Positions 8,621 through 19,700 of a DNA stretch of 44,740 nucleotides are shown here, in pieces. The notes beneath the pieces are model-generated. The model searched no databases. It was not told the DNA's origin and saw only the letters and a list, made by a program, of their open reading frames with translations. Position 1 is the stretch's first letter. Every line of letters begins with the position of its first letter. The DNA comes from Chloroflexota bacterium. Lineage in GTDB: Bacteria; Chloroflexota; Limnocylindria; QHBO01. The position numbers were made by a program, and so were the translations under genes. The stretch covers positions 1-44,740 of the forward strand of contig JAICQM010000002.1 in the NCBI GenBank assembly GCA_025937875.1, written 5' to 3'.

Positions 8621-9526
8621 TCAGGCGGCGGCGGACAGGTAGGAGCGCACGCTGATCCAGGAGCCGACGGCGCCGATCCCCACTCCCACAGCGAACAGCA
8701 GCGCCGACAGCGAGGCCAGGTTGCGGGCGCTGACTGCGGTCGGCATCTGGAACACGCTGACCAGGATCGGCTGGATGGGATCCCACACCACGCTGACCGC
8801 GATGACGGCCACCACGGCACCGATGAGGCCGCACAGGATCCCCTCCAGGATGAACGGCCAGCGGATGAACGAGTCCGACGCGCCCACCAGGCGCATGATC
8901 TCGATCTCGTTGGACCGGCTGTAGACCGCGATCCGGATCGTGTTGACGATCATGAACAGGACCGTCAGGCCGATGAGCCCGATCGCCACCAGGCCGACGG
9001 TGCGGATGACGTTGATGACGCCGACCAGGGTGTCGATCTCCTCCTGCTTGGTGATCACCTTGCTCACCGCGCCGTCGCCGGCCAGTGCCAGGCTCACCTC
9101 GTCGGCGAACGCCGGCTCGGCGAGGGTGATCTCGAGCGTCGCCTGCAGCTGGATGTTGGCACCGCCGGTGCTGAGGGTCTGGCCGCGCTGCGCGAAGGCC
9201 TCCTCCAGGCGGCGCATGGCCTGGTCGGGCGAGATGTAGGCGACGTCGGTCACGCCGTCGAGGGCCTCGGCGCGCTCGATGAGCGTCTGGAGCCGCTCGT
9301 CGGAGAGGTCGTCCACCAGCTCGGCGGTGACGCCGACCTTGCGCTCGATGAACTCGATCCCCGAGTTCAGCCCGGTCAGGACGATGAACAGTCCCGAGAG
9401 CAGGACCAGCATCAGGATCACGGTGGCGGTCGCGGCCAGGCTCATCATCGCGTTGCGCCAGAAGCCCTGCCAGGCGCGAACCACGGAGAAGCCGCAGAAG
9501 CGCAGGAAGCCGGTGACGAAGCCCAT
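8621..9526 (-). CDS. ftsX: Cell division permease-like protein FtsX
   Basis: Four-TM FtsX architecture with a large first extracytoplasmic loop. C-terminal motif EIEIMRLVGASDSFIRWPFILEG. It lies directly downstream of ftsE. Confidence 0.9.
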   Translation of the reverse strand: MGFVTGFLRFCGFSVVRAWQGFWRNAMMSLAATATVILMLVLLSGLFIVLTGLNSGIEFIERKVGVTAELVDDLSDERLQTLIERAEALDGVTDVAYISPDQAMRRLEEAFAQRGQTLSTGGANIQLQATLEITLAEPAFADEVSLALAGDGAVSKVITKQEEIDTLVGVINVIRTVGLVAIGLIGLTVLFMIVNTIRIAVYSRSNEIEIMRLVGASDSFIRWPFILEGILCGLIGAVVAVIAVSVVWDPIQPILVSVFQMPTAVSARNLASLSALLFAVGVGIGAVGSWISVRSYLSAAA

Positions 9527-9529
9527 CGG

Positions 9530-10267
9530 TCAGTACTCGCGCTCGTAGGCTGCGCCGGCCTCGTCGCGCACCAGCGTTCCGCCCTCCAGCGCCAGGACGC
9601 GGCGCCGCATGGCGTTGACGATCTCCTGGTTGTGGGTCGCCATCAGGACCGTCGTCCCCAGCTCGTTGATCTGGATCAGGAGCTGGATGATCTCCCAGCT
9701 GGTGACCGGGTCCAGGTTGCCGGTCGGCTCGTCGGCGATGAGGATCGCCGGATCGTGGACCAGGGCCCGCGCAATGGCCGTGCGCTGCTGCTCGCCACCC
9801 GACAGCTGTGTCGGCAGATGGTTGGCGTGCTCCTGCAGCCCGACCAGGCTCAGCAGCTGTGGCACACGCTGCCGGATGAGGCCCGATGGCGCGCCGGTGA
9901 CCTCCAGCGCGAAGCCGACGTTCTCCCACACCGTCTTGTTGGGGAGCAGCCGAAAATCCTGGAACACGATCCCGATCCGGCGACGCAGGCCGGGCACCTG
10001 GCCGCGGCGCAGGCGACCCAGGTCGCGGCCGGCGACCTGCACCCGACCATGGGTCGCCACCAGCTCGCGGATGAGGAGCCGGATGAACGTGCTCTTGCCG
10101 GCCCCCGACGGGCCTACCAGGAAGACGAAGTCGCCGGCGGGGATGGTGACGTTCACGTCGGCGAGGGCGACCTTGCCGTTGGGGTAGGTGAGGCCGGCGT
10201 CGACCATGGTGATGACACTGGTCGTGGCCGTGTCGGCGCGCGCCCGGCGGCGCAGCAGGGAGGTCAT
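9530..10267 (-). CDS. ftsE: Cell division ATP-binding protein FtsE
   Basis: Walker A GPSGAGKST, Q-loop, signature LSGGEQQR, Walker B ILIADEPTGNLD. The ATG at 10267 overlaps the prfB stop (ATGA). An alternative ATG lies at 10207. The longer track ORF (to 10435) is upstream read-through. Confidence 0.92.
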   Translation of the reverse strand: MTSLLRRRARADTATTSVITMVDAGLTYPNGKVALADVNVTIPAGDFVFLVGPSGAGKSTFIRLLIRELVATHGRVQVAGRDLGRLRRGQVPGLRRRIGIVFQDFRLLPNKTVWENVGFALEVTGAPSGLIRQRVPQLLSLVGLQEHANHLPTQLSGGEQQRTAIARALVHDPAILIADEPTGNLDPVTSWEIIQLLIQINELGTTVLMATHNQEIVNAMRRRVLALEGGTLVRDEAGAAYEREY

Positions 10268-11386
10268 GCGGTCTCCGCGGCGTCCTCCCCGATCCGTGAC
10301 CGCAGGTAGCCGTCGATGAAGGCGTCGAGGTCGCCGTCGAGGACGGCAGCCGGATTGGCGGTCTCGACCCCGGTCCGCAGGTCCTTGACCATGGTGTAGG
10401 GCTGGAGGACGTAGCTGCGGATCTGGTTGCCCCACCCGGCTTCGACGTGCTTGCCGCGCAGGCGCAGCAGCTCCGCCTCGCGTTCCTCTTCCTGGCGCTC
10501 GATGAGCTTGGCGCGCAGCACCGCCATCGCGCGCTCGCGGTTCTGGTGCTGGCTGCGCTCGTTCTGAACCGCGACCACGATCTTGGTCGGAAGGTGGGTG
10601 ATGCGGACGGCCGAGTCGGTCTTGTTGACGTGCTGGCCTCCGGCACCGCTGGACCGATAGGTGTCGATCCGCAGGTCGCGCTCGTCGATCTCGATCTCGG
10701 CGTCGGCGGGGACCTCCGGCATGATCTCGACCAGCGCGAAGCTGGTGTGGCGGCGGCTCTGCGAGTCGAAGGGGCTGATGCGGACCAGGCGATGCACGCC
10801 GCGCTCCGACTTCATGCGGCCGTACGCCCAGCGGCCGTCGACCTGGAAGGTCACCGACTTGAGGCCGGCCTCCTCGCCCTCGGTCGCCTCCAGGATCTCG
10901 GTCCGGTAGCGCTGGCGCTCTGCCCAGCGCAGGTACATGCGGAGCAGCATCTCGGCCCAGTCCTGCGACTCGGTGCCGCCGGCGCCGGCGTGGACCGCGA
11001 CGATAGCCGACCGTTCATCGAACGGCTCGGAGAGGAGGAGTCGACCCTCCATCCGGGTCCAGTCCGACTGCAGGCCGGCCAGGTCACGTTCGAGGTCGGC
11101 GGCCATCGAGGCACCCGCATCGGGCTCGGCGGCGGCCAGCTCGGCCATCTCGGCCAGGCCCGTCGCGCGCGCCTCTAGCTCGCGCCATTCAGTGATCTCC
11201 GAGCGCAGCTCCTCCGCTCGGCGCATGAGGGCCTGGGCGCCGGCGGGATCGTCCCACAGGGTGGGGTCCTGGCTCTGCGCGGTCAGCTCGTCGAGCTCGC
11301 GCTCCTTGGCGGGCAGGTCAAAGGCGCACCGCCGTGTCGGCCACGAGACGCGCCAGTCGCTGCGCCTCGTCCTTAACCGCGTCCAA
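10264..11386 (-). CDS. prfB: Peptide chain release factor 2 (requires a programmed +1 frameshift at 11317-11323)
   Basis: Frame 0: TTG(11386) DAVKDEAQRLARLVADTAVRL then TGA. The +1 frame continues DLPAKERELDELTAQSQDPTLWDD...SPFDSQSRRHTSFA...[22 protein letters not shown] (SPF and GGQ motifs). The N-terminal start codon is uncertain. Confidence 0.92.
11317..11323 (-). promoter_or_regulatory. RF2 autoregulatory +1 frameshift site CTT TGA C
   Basis: The minus strand reads ...GTG CGC CTT TGA CCT GCC... The in-frame TGA is followed by C, and the downstream RF2 body is in the +1 frame. This is the classical prfB recoding heptamer. Confidence 0.85.
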
Positions 11387-11669
11387 GGTTGACCATCGGC
11401 AGCTCGAGCTCCGCCAGGCGGACGCTCTTGGCGCGCAGCTTCGCCGGGTTGACGCACGGGCAGTACGTCTGCCGCGGACACGAGCCGCAGTTGCCGTCGC
11501 AGTCGAGGGTCGCGGCGTAGGAACAGCGCATGCAGTCGCGCTCGCACATGATCAGGTCTTCGTAGGGAGCGTCTGGGTCGCGGAAGCGGGTGACGAGTGG
11601 GAGTGAGGCGGCGTGTGAGTCGGGGATCTCTGCCGGGGTTCGGCTGGGCACCGTCGTCAGCTGCTTCAC
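11373..11669 (-). CDS. Small cysteine-rich hypothetical protein (98 aa, 8 Cys)
   Basis: GTG start 4 nt after AGGAGGG. By hand count, 85 of 98 codons end in G/C. Cys pattern: C42-x3-C-x2-C-x7-C-x3-C-x2-C-x5-C-x-C72. The reading frame is distinct from both prfB frames, and the 3' end overlaps the proposed prfB start by 14 nt. Confidence 0.65.
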   Translation of the reverse strand: MKQLTTVPSRTPAEIPDSHAASLPLVTRFRDPDAPYEDLIMCERDCMRCSYAATLDCDGNCGSCPRQTYCPCVNPAKLRAKSVRLAELELPMVNLGRG

Positions 11670-11767
11670 TCAACCCTCCTGATCTATGTGGAGCGGCAGC
11701 TCACCGTGGCCGCGCTCGAATATCGGTCCATGCTACCGAACTCGGCCGATCTCGCCAACCCCTCAAA

Positions 11768-14626
11768 TCAGGCGCCGTGGCACTTCTTGTACTTCTTGCC
11801 CGAGCCGCACCAGCAGGGGTCGTTGCGGCCGACCTTCGGGCCGCTGCGGGCGGCCGGCGCACTGCCGTTGCCCGATGACGTGGACGTCGTCGCCGGAGCG
11901 TCCTCGCCCATCCCGGGCAGCGCCGCGCGGCCCTCCGTCACGTTGCGCGCGATGCGCTGCTGCGGCACCGGCTCGCGGTTGACGGTGACGCGGAAGATGG
12001 TGTGGGTGACGTCGTGGCGGATCGTCGACTTCAGCTCGTCGAACATCCGGTACGCCTCGACCTTGAACTCGTTGAGCGGGTCGCGCTGGCTGTAGGCGCG
12101 CAGCCCGATCCCGCGCCGCATGTCGTCGACGGCGGTGAGGTGCTCGACCCACAGCGAGTCGATGACGCGCAGCAGGACCAGGCGCTCGAGGACGCCGGCC
12201 GCCTCCGCGCCGAGCTCGGTTCGCTTCCGATCGTAGGCCTCGGCCACTGCGTCGGCGAGCAGCGCCGACATGCGCTCCGGCTCGTTGAGCTCGTCGACGA
12301 CCGCCAGGGCCGCTGGCTCGAGGGTCGGGACCATGGTCAGCAGCAGCTGCGAGAGGCCCTCGCGGTTCCACTCGTCGGGGTGGTCGCCGGCGGTGTGGGT
12401 CGCGACCTGCGCGGACACCTCCTCGCCGAGCATCTCGGTGATCGTCGTCGACAGGTCGCTGCTGCGCAGGATCCGCTCGCGCTCGTGGTAGATCGTCTCG
12501 CGCTGGCGGTTGATGACGTCGTCGTACTCGACGACGTGCTTGCGGGTGTCGAAGTTGTACCCCTCGACCCGGGTCTGTGCGCCCTCGATGGTGCGGCTCA
12601 CCATCCCCGACTCGAGCGCCGTCTCGTCGTCGAAGCCCAGGCGTTGCATGATCGACTTCACGCGGTCGCTGGCGAAGCGCTTCATGAGGTCGTCCTCGAG
12701 GGACAGGTAGAAGCGGCTGCTGCCCGGGTCGCCCTGCCGGCCGGCGCGACCACGGAGCTGGTTGTCGATGCGCCGCGCCTCGTGGCGCTCGGTGCCGATG
12801 ATATGCAGGCCGCCCAGGGCGAGCACCTTCTCGCGATCCTCCGCGGTGACCCGCTCCGCCTCGGCCAGCGCCGCTGCGCGCTGCTCGGGGGTGGCGTCGA
12901 TGACCGTGGTCCCCTGCCGATGCAGGATGTCGGCGGCGAGCATCTCCGGGTTGCCGCCGAGCAGGATGTCGGTGCCGCGGCCGGCCATGTTGGTGGCGAT
13001 GGTGACGGCGCCCGACCGCCCGGCCTGGGCGATGATCTCCGCCTCGCGCTCGTGGAACTTGGCGTTGAGCACGTTGTGCTTGATGCCGCGCCGCTTCAGC
13101 ATCTCGCCCAGCATCTCGCTGACCTCCACGCTCACCGTGCCCACCAGGACCGGGCGCCCGCGCTCGTGCTCTTCGGCGATCTCCTCGACCACCGCGTTCC
13201 ACTTGCCCTTCTCGGTGGCATACACCAGGTCGGCGTAGTCGCCGCGGACCATCGGCCGGTTGGTGGGGACCACCACGACCTCCAGGTCGTAGATCTTGGC
13301 AAGCTCCTCCGCCTCGGTCTCGGCGGTACCGGTCATGCCGGCCAGCTTGTCGTACATCCGGAAGTAGTTCTGGAACGTCACCGTGGCCAGGGTCCGGCTC
13401 TCGTTCTGGATCTTGACCCCCTCCTGTGCCTCGACCGCCTGGTGCAGCCCCTCGCTCCAGCGCCGGCCCGGCATGAGGCGGCCGGTGAACTCGTCGACGA
13501 TGATCACCTCGCCGTCCTTGACGACGTAGTCGCGGTCGCGCTGGTAGAGCGCGTGCGCCTTGAGCGCCTGCTCGAGGTGGCGGGCGAGGCTGAAGTCGTT
13601 GTCGAACATGTTCTCGACGCCGAGCCACTGCTCCATCTTGGTCGTGCCGGCCTCGGTGATCGCCACCTGCTTGAACTTCACGTCGACGACGTAGTCCTCC
13701 TCGGCCTTCAGGCGCGGCACGAGGCGGGCGAACTGCAGGTACTTCTCGGCCGACTCCTCGGCCTGGCCGGAGATGATGAGCGGGGTGCGCGCCTCGTCGA
13801 TGAGGATGTTGTCGACCTCGTCGACGATGGCGTAGAAGTGCCCGCGCTGCGCCCGCTGTTCGAGGTCCACCACGAGGTTGTCGCGCAGGTAGTCGAACCC
13901 GAACTCGTTGTTGGTGCCGTACGTCACGTCGGCGGCATACGCCTCGCGGCGCGTCACCGGCCGCAGGTCGCGCAGCCGTTCGTCGGTGACGGGGAAGTCG
14001 GGGTCGAACAGGAACGCGGCGTCGTGCTGGATGCTGCCGACGCTCATTCCCAGGCGGTGGAAGACCTGGCCGATCCACTGCGCGTCGCGCTTGGCGAGAT
14101 AGTCGTTGACCGTGACCACGTGCACGCCGCGGCCGACGAGGGCATTGAGATACGCGGCCAGCGGGGCGACGAAGGTCTTGCCCTCGCCAGTCTTCATCTC
14201 GGCGATGGCGCCGTGGTGGAGAACGATGCCGCCGATGAGCTGGACGTCGTAGTGGCGCTTCCCGAGCGCGCGCCGCATCGCCTCGCGGACGGCGGCGAAG
14301 GCCTCGGGGATGTGGGCGTCGAGAGCCTCGTCGATCTGGCGCCGCTCCCGCTTGCGCTGCTGGCGGCGCTCGTCGGCCAGCTGGGCCGGGTTCAGCGCGG
14401 TGAGCTCCGAGTCCTCCTCGGGAGCCTCCCGGAGCTCGATCGGGAGCACGAGGTCGCCCAGCTCGTCGTGGAGCCGGGCGCGCAGCGCGTCGGTCCGCGC
14501 GGCCAGCTCGGCGTCGGTGAGGGCCATGAACTCGGGCTCGAGCTCGTTGGCCCGCGCCACGTGGGGCTCGAGCTTGCGGACCTCGCGATCGTTCGAGTCC
14601 ACGAGCTTGGAGAGGAACTTCATCAT
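11768..14626 (-). CDS. secA: Preprotein translocase ATPase SecA
   Basis: [19 protein letters not shown]..., DEAD-like motor motifs ([37 protein letters not shown]) and the C-terminal zinc motif [14 protein letters not shown]. Confidence 0.97.
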   Translation of the reverse strand: MMKFLSKLVDSNDREVRKLEPHVARANELEPEFMALTDAELAARTDALRARLHDELGDLVLPIELREAPEEDSELTALNPAQLADERRQQRKRERRQIDEALDAHIPEAFAAVREAMRRALGKRHYDVQLIGGIVLHHGAIAEMKTGEGKTFVAPLAAYLNALVGRGVHVVTVNDYLAKRDAQWIGQVFHRLGMSVGSIQHDAAFLFDPDFPVTDERLRDLRPVTRREAYAADVTYGTNNEFGFDYLRDNLVVDLEQRAQRGHFYAIVDEVDNILIDEARTPLIISGQAEESAEKYLQFARLVPRLKAEEDYVVDVKFKQVAITEAGTTKMEQWLGVENMFDNDFSLARHLEQALKAHALYQRDRDYVVKDGEVIIVDEFTGRLMPGRRWSEGLHQAVEAQEGVKIQNESRTLATVTFQNYFRMYDKLAGMTGTAETEAEELAKIYDLEVVVVPTNRPMVRGDYADLVYATEKGKWNAVVEEIAEEHERGRPVLVGTVSVEVSEMLGEMLKRRGIKHNVLNAKFHEREAEIIAQAGRSGAVTIATNMAGRGTDILLGGNPEMLAADILHRQGTTVIDATPEQRAAALAEAERVTAEDREKVLALGGLHIIGTERHEARRIDNQLRGRAGRQGDPGSSRFYLSLEDDLMKRFASDRVKSIMQRLGFDDETALESGMVSRTIEGAQTRVEGYNFDTRKHVVEYDDVINRQRETIYHERERILRSSDLSTTITEMLGEEVSAQVATHTAGDHPDEWNREGLSQLLLTMVPTLEPAALAVVDELNEPERMSALLADAVAEAYDRKRTELGAEAAGVLERLVLLRVIDSLWVEHLTAVDDMRRGIGLRAYSQRDPLNEFKVEAYRMFDELKSTIRHDVTHTIFRVTVNREPVPQQRIARNVTEGRAALPGMGEDAPATTSTSSGNGSAPAARSGPKVGRNDPCWCGSGKKYKKCHGA

Positions 14627-14677
14627 GGGGATGGCGAGTATACGGCTGGCGGCCGGATCGGTCCGTCGGAGCGCCCG

Positions 14678-15640
14678 TCAGGCGGCGTCGACCATCGGTT
14701 TGACCTCGCCGATCCAGCGTTCGAGCGTCTCCGGATCGTAGGGCGCCGCGATCTCGGCCAGGAACGTGGAGAATCCGATGTCGCGGCAGGCGACCATCCG
14801 CTCGGCGATCTGCGCCGGCGTGCCGACCCAGAACGTGTCGTCGTCGGCGACGCGGGACATCGGCGTCCGGTTGCGCTCCATCTGCGACTCCCATTCGCGG
14901 CGTGCGGCGGCTTCCGTGTCGCGGATCACCGGCTTGCAGCCGGCCGTGCGCAGGATCTCGGTCGTATCGCGCCCCACCGCCTCGCAGTGGTCACGCAGCA
15001 CGGCGTCCTTGTGGCGCAGCTTCTCCACGCTGCCCATGGCGTTCCACATATCGGCGTAGCGCGCGACGGTGCGCAACGTCTTTCGCTCACCGGAGCCGCC
15101 GATCATGATCGGCAGCCGCGCCTGCACCGGCTGCGGCAGCTGCCGCAGCTGGTCGAACCGATAGCGCCCGTCAGGCGGGCTGGTGACGGTCGCGCCATCC
15201 AAGAGCCCGCGCATGGCGCCCACGGCCTCGTCGAGCCACGTCAGGCGATCGCCGAATCCACGCCCGAACTCGATGCCGTGCGCCGTGTGCTCGAGCTCCA
15301 TCCACGCACCGCCGATGCCCAGGATGGCCCGTCCGTCGCTGATGTGGTCGAGCGTCGTGGCCTGCTTGGCGACGAGGGCCGGGTTGCGGAACGTGTTCGC
15401 GCCCACCAGCAGCCCCAGCTTCACGCGGGACGTGACCCTGGCCCATGCCGCGAGCGTCGTATAGCCCTCGAAGATCGGCTGGTACGGGTCGCCGAAGATC
15501 GCGTAGAGGTGGTCCCAGGTCCACAGCGAGTCGTAGCCGAGCTCCTCCACGCGGCGTGCGGCGGCTTCGAACGGCGCCCACTCGGTCGCCTGGCTCCAGA
15601 GCAGGATCCCCAGCATGACCTCGTCGTGCGTGGCGCTCAC
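14678..15640 (-). CDS. LLM-class (luciferase-like) flavin/F420-dependent oxidoreductase
   Basis: Typical LLM features: LGILLWSQ...ELGYDSLWTWDHL..., TSRVKLGLLVGANTFRNPALVAKQATTLDHISDGRAILGIGGAW, PIMIGGSGERKTLR. The cofactor assignment is by family resemblance only. Confidence 0.8.
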   Translation of the reverse strand: MSATHDEVMLGILLWSQATEWAPFEAAARRVEELGYDSLWTWDHLYAIFGDPYQPIFEGYTTLAAWARVTSRVKLGLLVGANTFRNPALVAKQATTLDHISDGRAILGIGGAWMELEHTAHGIEFGRGFGDRLTWLDEAVGAMRGLLDGATVTSPPDGRYRFDQLRQLPQPVQARLPIMIGGSGERKTLRTVARYADMWNAMGSVEKLRHKDAVLRDHCEAVGRDTTEILRTAGCKPVIRDTEAAARREWESQMERNRTPMSRVADDDTFWVGTPAQIAERMVACRDIGFSTFLAEIAAPYDPETLERWIGEVKPMVDAA

Positions 15641-15647
15641 GTGGACC

Positions 15648-16700
15648 TCAGCCGGCGCTGATGCGAACCGGGTTCACCTCGCCGTCGCGGGGTTCCGGAG
15701 CGTCGGCCGGCTCCGCTTCCTCGGTCCAGAACGTCATCTCCTCCACCATCTCGACCTCGGAGCTGAACAGGGCACCGACGCTCTCGCCGCGATGGATGCG
15801 CCGGATGGCCTCGCCGATCAGCGGCGCCACCGACAGGACGGTGATGCGCGAATCGTCGGCGCCCGCCGGGAACGGGACGGTGTCGGTCACCACGACCTCG
15901 GTGATCGGGCTGGCGTTGATGCGGTCGAGGGCCGAGCCGCTGAAGACGCCGTGGGTGGCAAGCGAGTAGATCGCGGTGGCGCCCTCCGCCTCCAGCGCGC
16001 CGACGGCCTCCATCAGTGAGCCGGCGGTGTCGACCTCGTCGTCGATGATGACCGCGACCTTCCCGCGCACGTCGCCGATGATGTTCATCAGCTCCGTCTT
16101 GTCCTGGTTCCCGACGCGCCGCTTCTCGACGATCGCCAGCGGGGCCGCCAGGATCTCGGCGAAGTTGCGCGCCTTCTTGGCGAAGCCGAGCTCGCTGACC
16201 ACGACGATGTCCTCGAGCTTCTTCTTCTTCACGTGTGCAGCCAGCAGGTTGACCGCGGTCAGCTCGTCGACCGGGATGCTGAAGAAGCCCTGGATCTGGC
16301 CCTGGTGGAGGTCCATGGTCAGCACCCGGTCGGCGCCGGCGACCGTGAGCATGTCGGCCACCAGGCGCGCCGTGATCGGTACCCGTGGCTGGTCCTTCTT
16401 GTCCGAGCGGCCGTAGCTGTAGTACGGGATGACGGCCGTGATGCGCCCGGCGGAGGCGCGCTTGAAGGCGTCGATCATGATCAGCAGCTCCATGATCGAG
16501 TCGTTCACCGGGCGGCTCGTCGGCTGCACCAGGAACACGTCCTGCTCGCGGACGTTCTCGAGGACGCGGACGAAGATGTTCTCGTTCGCGAACTGGAACA
16601 CCTCCACGTTGCCCATGCGGGTATGGAGGTACTTGCAGATCTTGTCTGCCAACGCTGGATTCGCGTTGCCGGCGTAGATGCTGAACTCGTCGGCGTACAC
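15648..16700 (-). CDS. prs: Ribose-phosphate pyrophosphokinase (PRPP synthetase) with an acidic C-terminal extension
   Basis: GTG at 16700 lies 5 nt after GAGGAG. Motifs: FSIYAGNANPALADKIC, ITAVIPYYSYGRSDKKD, DLHQGQIQGFF, VAVIIDDEVDTAGS. About 35 extra Glu/Pro-rich residues follow the usual end. The track ORF to 17120 is upstream read-through. Confidence 0.92.
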   Translation of the reverse strand: MYADEFSIYAGNANPALADKICKYLHTRMGNVEVFQFANENIFVRVLENVREQDVFLVQPTSRPVNDSIMELLIMIDAFKRASAGRITAVIPYYSYGRSDKKDQPRVPITARLVADMLTVAGADRVLTMDLHQGQIQGFFSIPVDELTAVNLLAAHVKKKKLEDIVVVSELGFAKKARNFAEILAAPLAIVEKRRVGNQDKTELMNIIGDVRGKVAVIIDDEVDTAGSLMEAVGALEAEGATAIYSLATHGVFSGSALDRINASPITEVVVTDTVPFPAGADDSRITVLSVAPLIGEAIRRIHRGESVGALFSSEVEMVEEMTFWTEEAEPADAPEPRDGEVNPVRISAG

Positions 16701-16740
16701 GGTGTCTCCTCGGCAGGGTTGGGCCTTCCGAAGCCCGATT

Positions 16741-19700
16741 CTACCTTTCCTCGCCGGCCTGCCCGGCCGGTGTCGGGATGAAGGCCGCCAGGCGGTCCGG
16801 CGCGGCGAGCTGCTGGCGCCAGCCGGCCGCCTCGAGCCGAGCGCGAGCGGCCTCGACCGCCGCCGCCCCGCCGGCCGCCTCGGAGCCCAGCAGGCTGCCC
16901 ACCCACCACGTGGTGGCGGCGCGTCGGTGCCCGGTCCCCGCCTGGGCGAGCAGGCGTCGTCCCGCCTCGCGCGCCCGCCCTGCGTCGCCTTCGACGAGGG
17001 CCAGGCCGAGCTCGATCTCCAGGTTCGACGCCTCGGCCCCGACATCACCCTCGGGGACCTCGGCCGCCGCCTCGGTGGCCAGGCGCCGCGCCGTCTCCAG
17101 GTCGCCGCGCTCGAGGGCAAGCCAGGCCAGGGTGGTGATCGTCCAACCGACGAGCTGCCGCTCGTGGAGCGCGCGGCACAGGGTCAGTGCCTCGCGCAGG
17201 TCTTCCTCGGCCAGGTCGGGGCGTGCCGCCAGCCGGTGCACCTCGCCCCTGTCACCGAGGGCGCTGGCCAGCTCCCAGCGGGCATCGAGGTCGCGGAAGA
17301 TGCGGACCGCCTCGTCGACGGCGACGAGCGCGTCGGGCAGCGCGAGCTTGCGGCGCAGGAGGTTGCCGATCGACTCCTGCGCAACTGCGATCGTGAACAA
17401 GTCATCGCTGTCGCGGCCGATGCGGAGCGCCTCGCGTGCCATGGCGAGCGCGTCGTCGACGTGCCCGCCGGGGACCTCCACCGAGGCCAGGGACACCAGC
17501 GCACGCGCCTCCGCCCATGGGTCGGGATCCGGGTTGGCGCGCGTGATCTCGAGCGCCTTGGCGAACAGGCTCCGCGCCCCCTCGAGGTCATCGATCCAGT
17601 ACGGACCCCATCCCGCCATGAGGTGGACCCGGGCGCGGGTGAAGGGCTCGTCGAGCTCGTTGGCGGCGGCGAGCGCCTCCTCGAAATGCTCGGTGGCGTG
17701 GGCGTGGTCGCCGTCGACGTTGAGGGCGATGTCGCCGAGGAAGCGGGCTGCGTGGGATCGCACCAGGAGTGATCCCGGCTTCAGCGCCATGGCCTGGTTG
17801 AGCCGGTCGCGCGCCTGGGCGTATTCGCCCAGCCAGTAGTGCGCCTCGCCGATGAACGACAGCAGCTTTGCCTCGCTCGGACCCCAGGCCTCGGGCGGGC
17901 CGACGAGCGCCAGCGCGCGCTGGTAGGCCTCGATCGCGGTCCGGGACTCGAGCCGCCAGCGGCTCTGGTCGCCGACGTGCGACAGGGCCTTGATGGCGCG
18001 CGCCGTGACCACGCCGTCATCGGGGGTCAGGTCGCGTGCCGCGATGGCGGCGCGGTACAGGTGATAGGCGACCGACTGCGGAAACCGATCCGGCTGTAGG
18101 TGCTCGATCCCATCCGCCAGGAGCAGGTGCAGGCGCAGCCGCTCGCGCTTGGGGAGGCTCTCGTACGCCACGTCCCGCAGCAGCTCGTGCCGAAACCGCC
18201 AGACATCGGTCCGGTCGCGCTCGCGGAGCAGGATCTCCGCCTCCTCCAGCGCCGCCAGCGACTCGTCGGTGGGTTCGGCGATCAGGCGCAGGTCGCGGAC
18301 GTGGAACGTGGCGCGGGCGAAGACGGAGGCTCGCCGCGCCAGCTCCCGCGCGGCGGGGTCGAGATGGTCGAGGCGGGCGGCCACCACCGCCTGGACCGAC
18401 GCCGGCAGGTCGTGCTCCGTCGCCGCGGTACCGGCATCGGTGCGCTCGAGCAGCATGCCCGTGGTCTCGATCACGAAGAACGGGTTGCCACCGGCATGTT
18501 GGGCGATGCGCTCGGCGGTGGTTTCGTCCACGCTGCCCGCCGCCCGGGCCAGATCCGCCGCCTCGCGACCGGAGAGTGGCTGGACGCGGATGATCGGCCC
18601 CGCGTCGAGCCAGGCCGGGGGACGGGCGAGGAGCTCCGGCCGGCCCGAGGCGACGACGAGCAGGCGAAGGTCGACCGTCTCGTCGATGAACCGCTCCACC
18701 AGATCGAGGAACTCCGGGCGTGCCTGGTGCAGGTCATCGAGGATCATGACCACCGGTCCGCCGCCGGTGAGCCCTTCGACGATCGACACAAGTGCGGCCC
18801 GCAGCTCGGCGGCGCGGTACCGGCGCGCGCCACCCTCCCCCTCCCCCTCGACGTGGTCCTCGTCGCTGTCGCGGTCGTCGTGGTCCGGCGGGCCACCCAG
18901 GCCGAGGGCCAGGCCGAGGCGGGCCGATACGCGCTCCTGGTCGGTCTCGTCGCAGCAGCCGGCGACGAGCTGCTCGAGGCGCGTTCGGACCTCGTCCGCG
19001 GGCGTCTCCTCCCCCACGCCCAGCAGCCTGCGGATCATCTCGGCCAGCGGCGCGAACGTCACGTCCTCGGCGAACTCGGTGGCGTGGCCCTTGAGCACCA
19101 CCGTGTCCTCCGGCAGCTGCGCCACGAGCTCGTCGAGGAGCCGGCTCTTCCCGATCCCGGCCTCGCCGATGAGGGTCACCACCATGGAGCGCGCCGTGCT
19201 CCGCGTCCGCTCGGCGGCCTCGACCAGCTCGGTGACCTCGCGCCGCCGTCCGACGAGCGGGATCGTGCGACGGGTGCTCTGCATCGAGAGCGACACGACC
19301 GGCGAGGCGGACACCGGTTCCCGCAGGCCGCGCAGCGTCACCACCCGCGGCTCGCCGTACGCGACATGGTTCTCGGTCAGGCGGCGCGTCGTCGCTCCGA
19401 CGAGCACCTCGTCCGGCGCCGCAAGCTGTTGGAGGCGGGCCGCGACGTTGACGGCGGCACCGGTGGCGAAGAACTGGTCGCGCGGCCCGGTGCCGATGGC
19501 CACCGCGCCGGAGTTGACCCCGACCCGCACGTGGAGGGGCCGGTCCATGATGAGCTCGTCGGCCAACCGGCCGACGCGGTCGCGGATCATGACGCCGGCG
19601 CGGACCGCCCGCAGCGCGTCGTCCTCCTCGGCCTGCGGGACGCCCCAGGTGGCCATGACCGCATCGCCGATGAACTTCTCGGCCCGGCCGCGCAGGGAGG

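Noticed and set aside
11373-11669. Cys-rich ORF as a RiPP (sacti-/ranthipeptide) precursor
   Set aside because: There is no radical-SAM/SPASM maturase, protease or exporter nearby. At 98 aa, with a structured-looking C-terminal helix, it is long for a precursor.
10264-11673. Single 469-aa ORF for prfB as listed in the track
   Set aside because: The first ~95 residues are Arg/Pro-rich read-through of the +1 frame. The true gene starts in frame 0 and recodes at CTT TGA C. The upstream DNA is better explained by the separate Cys-rich ORF in the third frame.
14585-14605. GTTCGAGTCC T-loop-like motif suggesting a tRNA
   Set aside because: It lies inside secA coding sequence and the flanking bases do not form a T-stem or acceptor stem.
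12002-15661. 1219-aa plus-strand ORF, and similar giants (8303..10309+, 8301..10646-, 18100..20094+, 20230..22680+, 3250..4863-, 40805..43291-, 43249..44571-, 11763..14894-)
   Set aside because: All lie antisense to, or out of frame with, clearly recognisable conserved genes (secA, ftsEX, gyrA, glyA and others). Their translations are Arg/Ala/Gly/Pro-rich, which is the stop-codon scarcity typical of high-G+C DNA.
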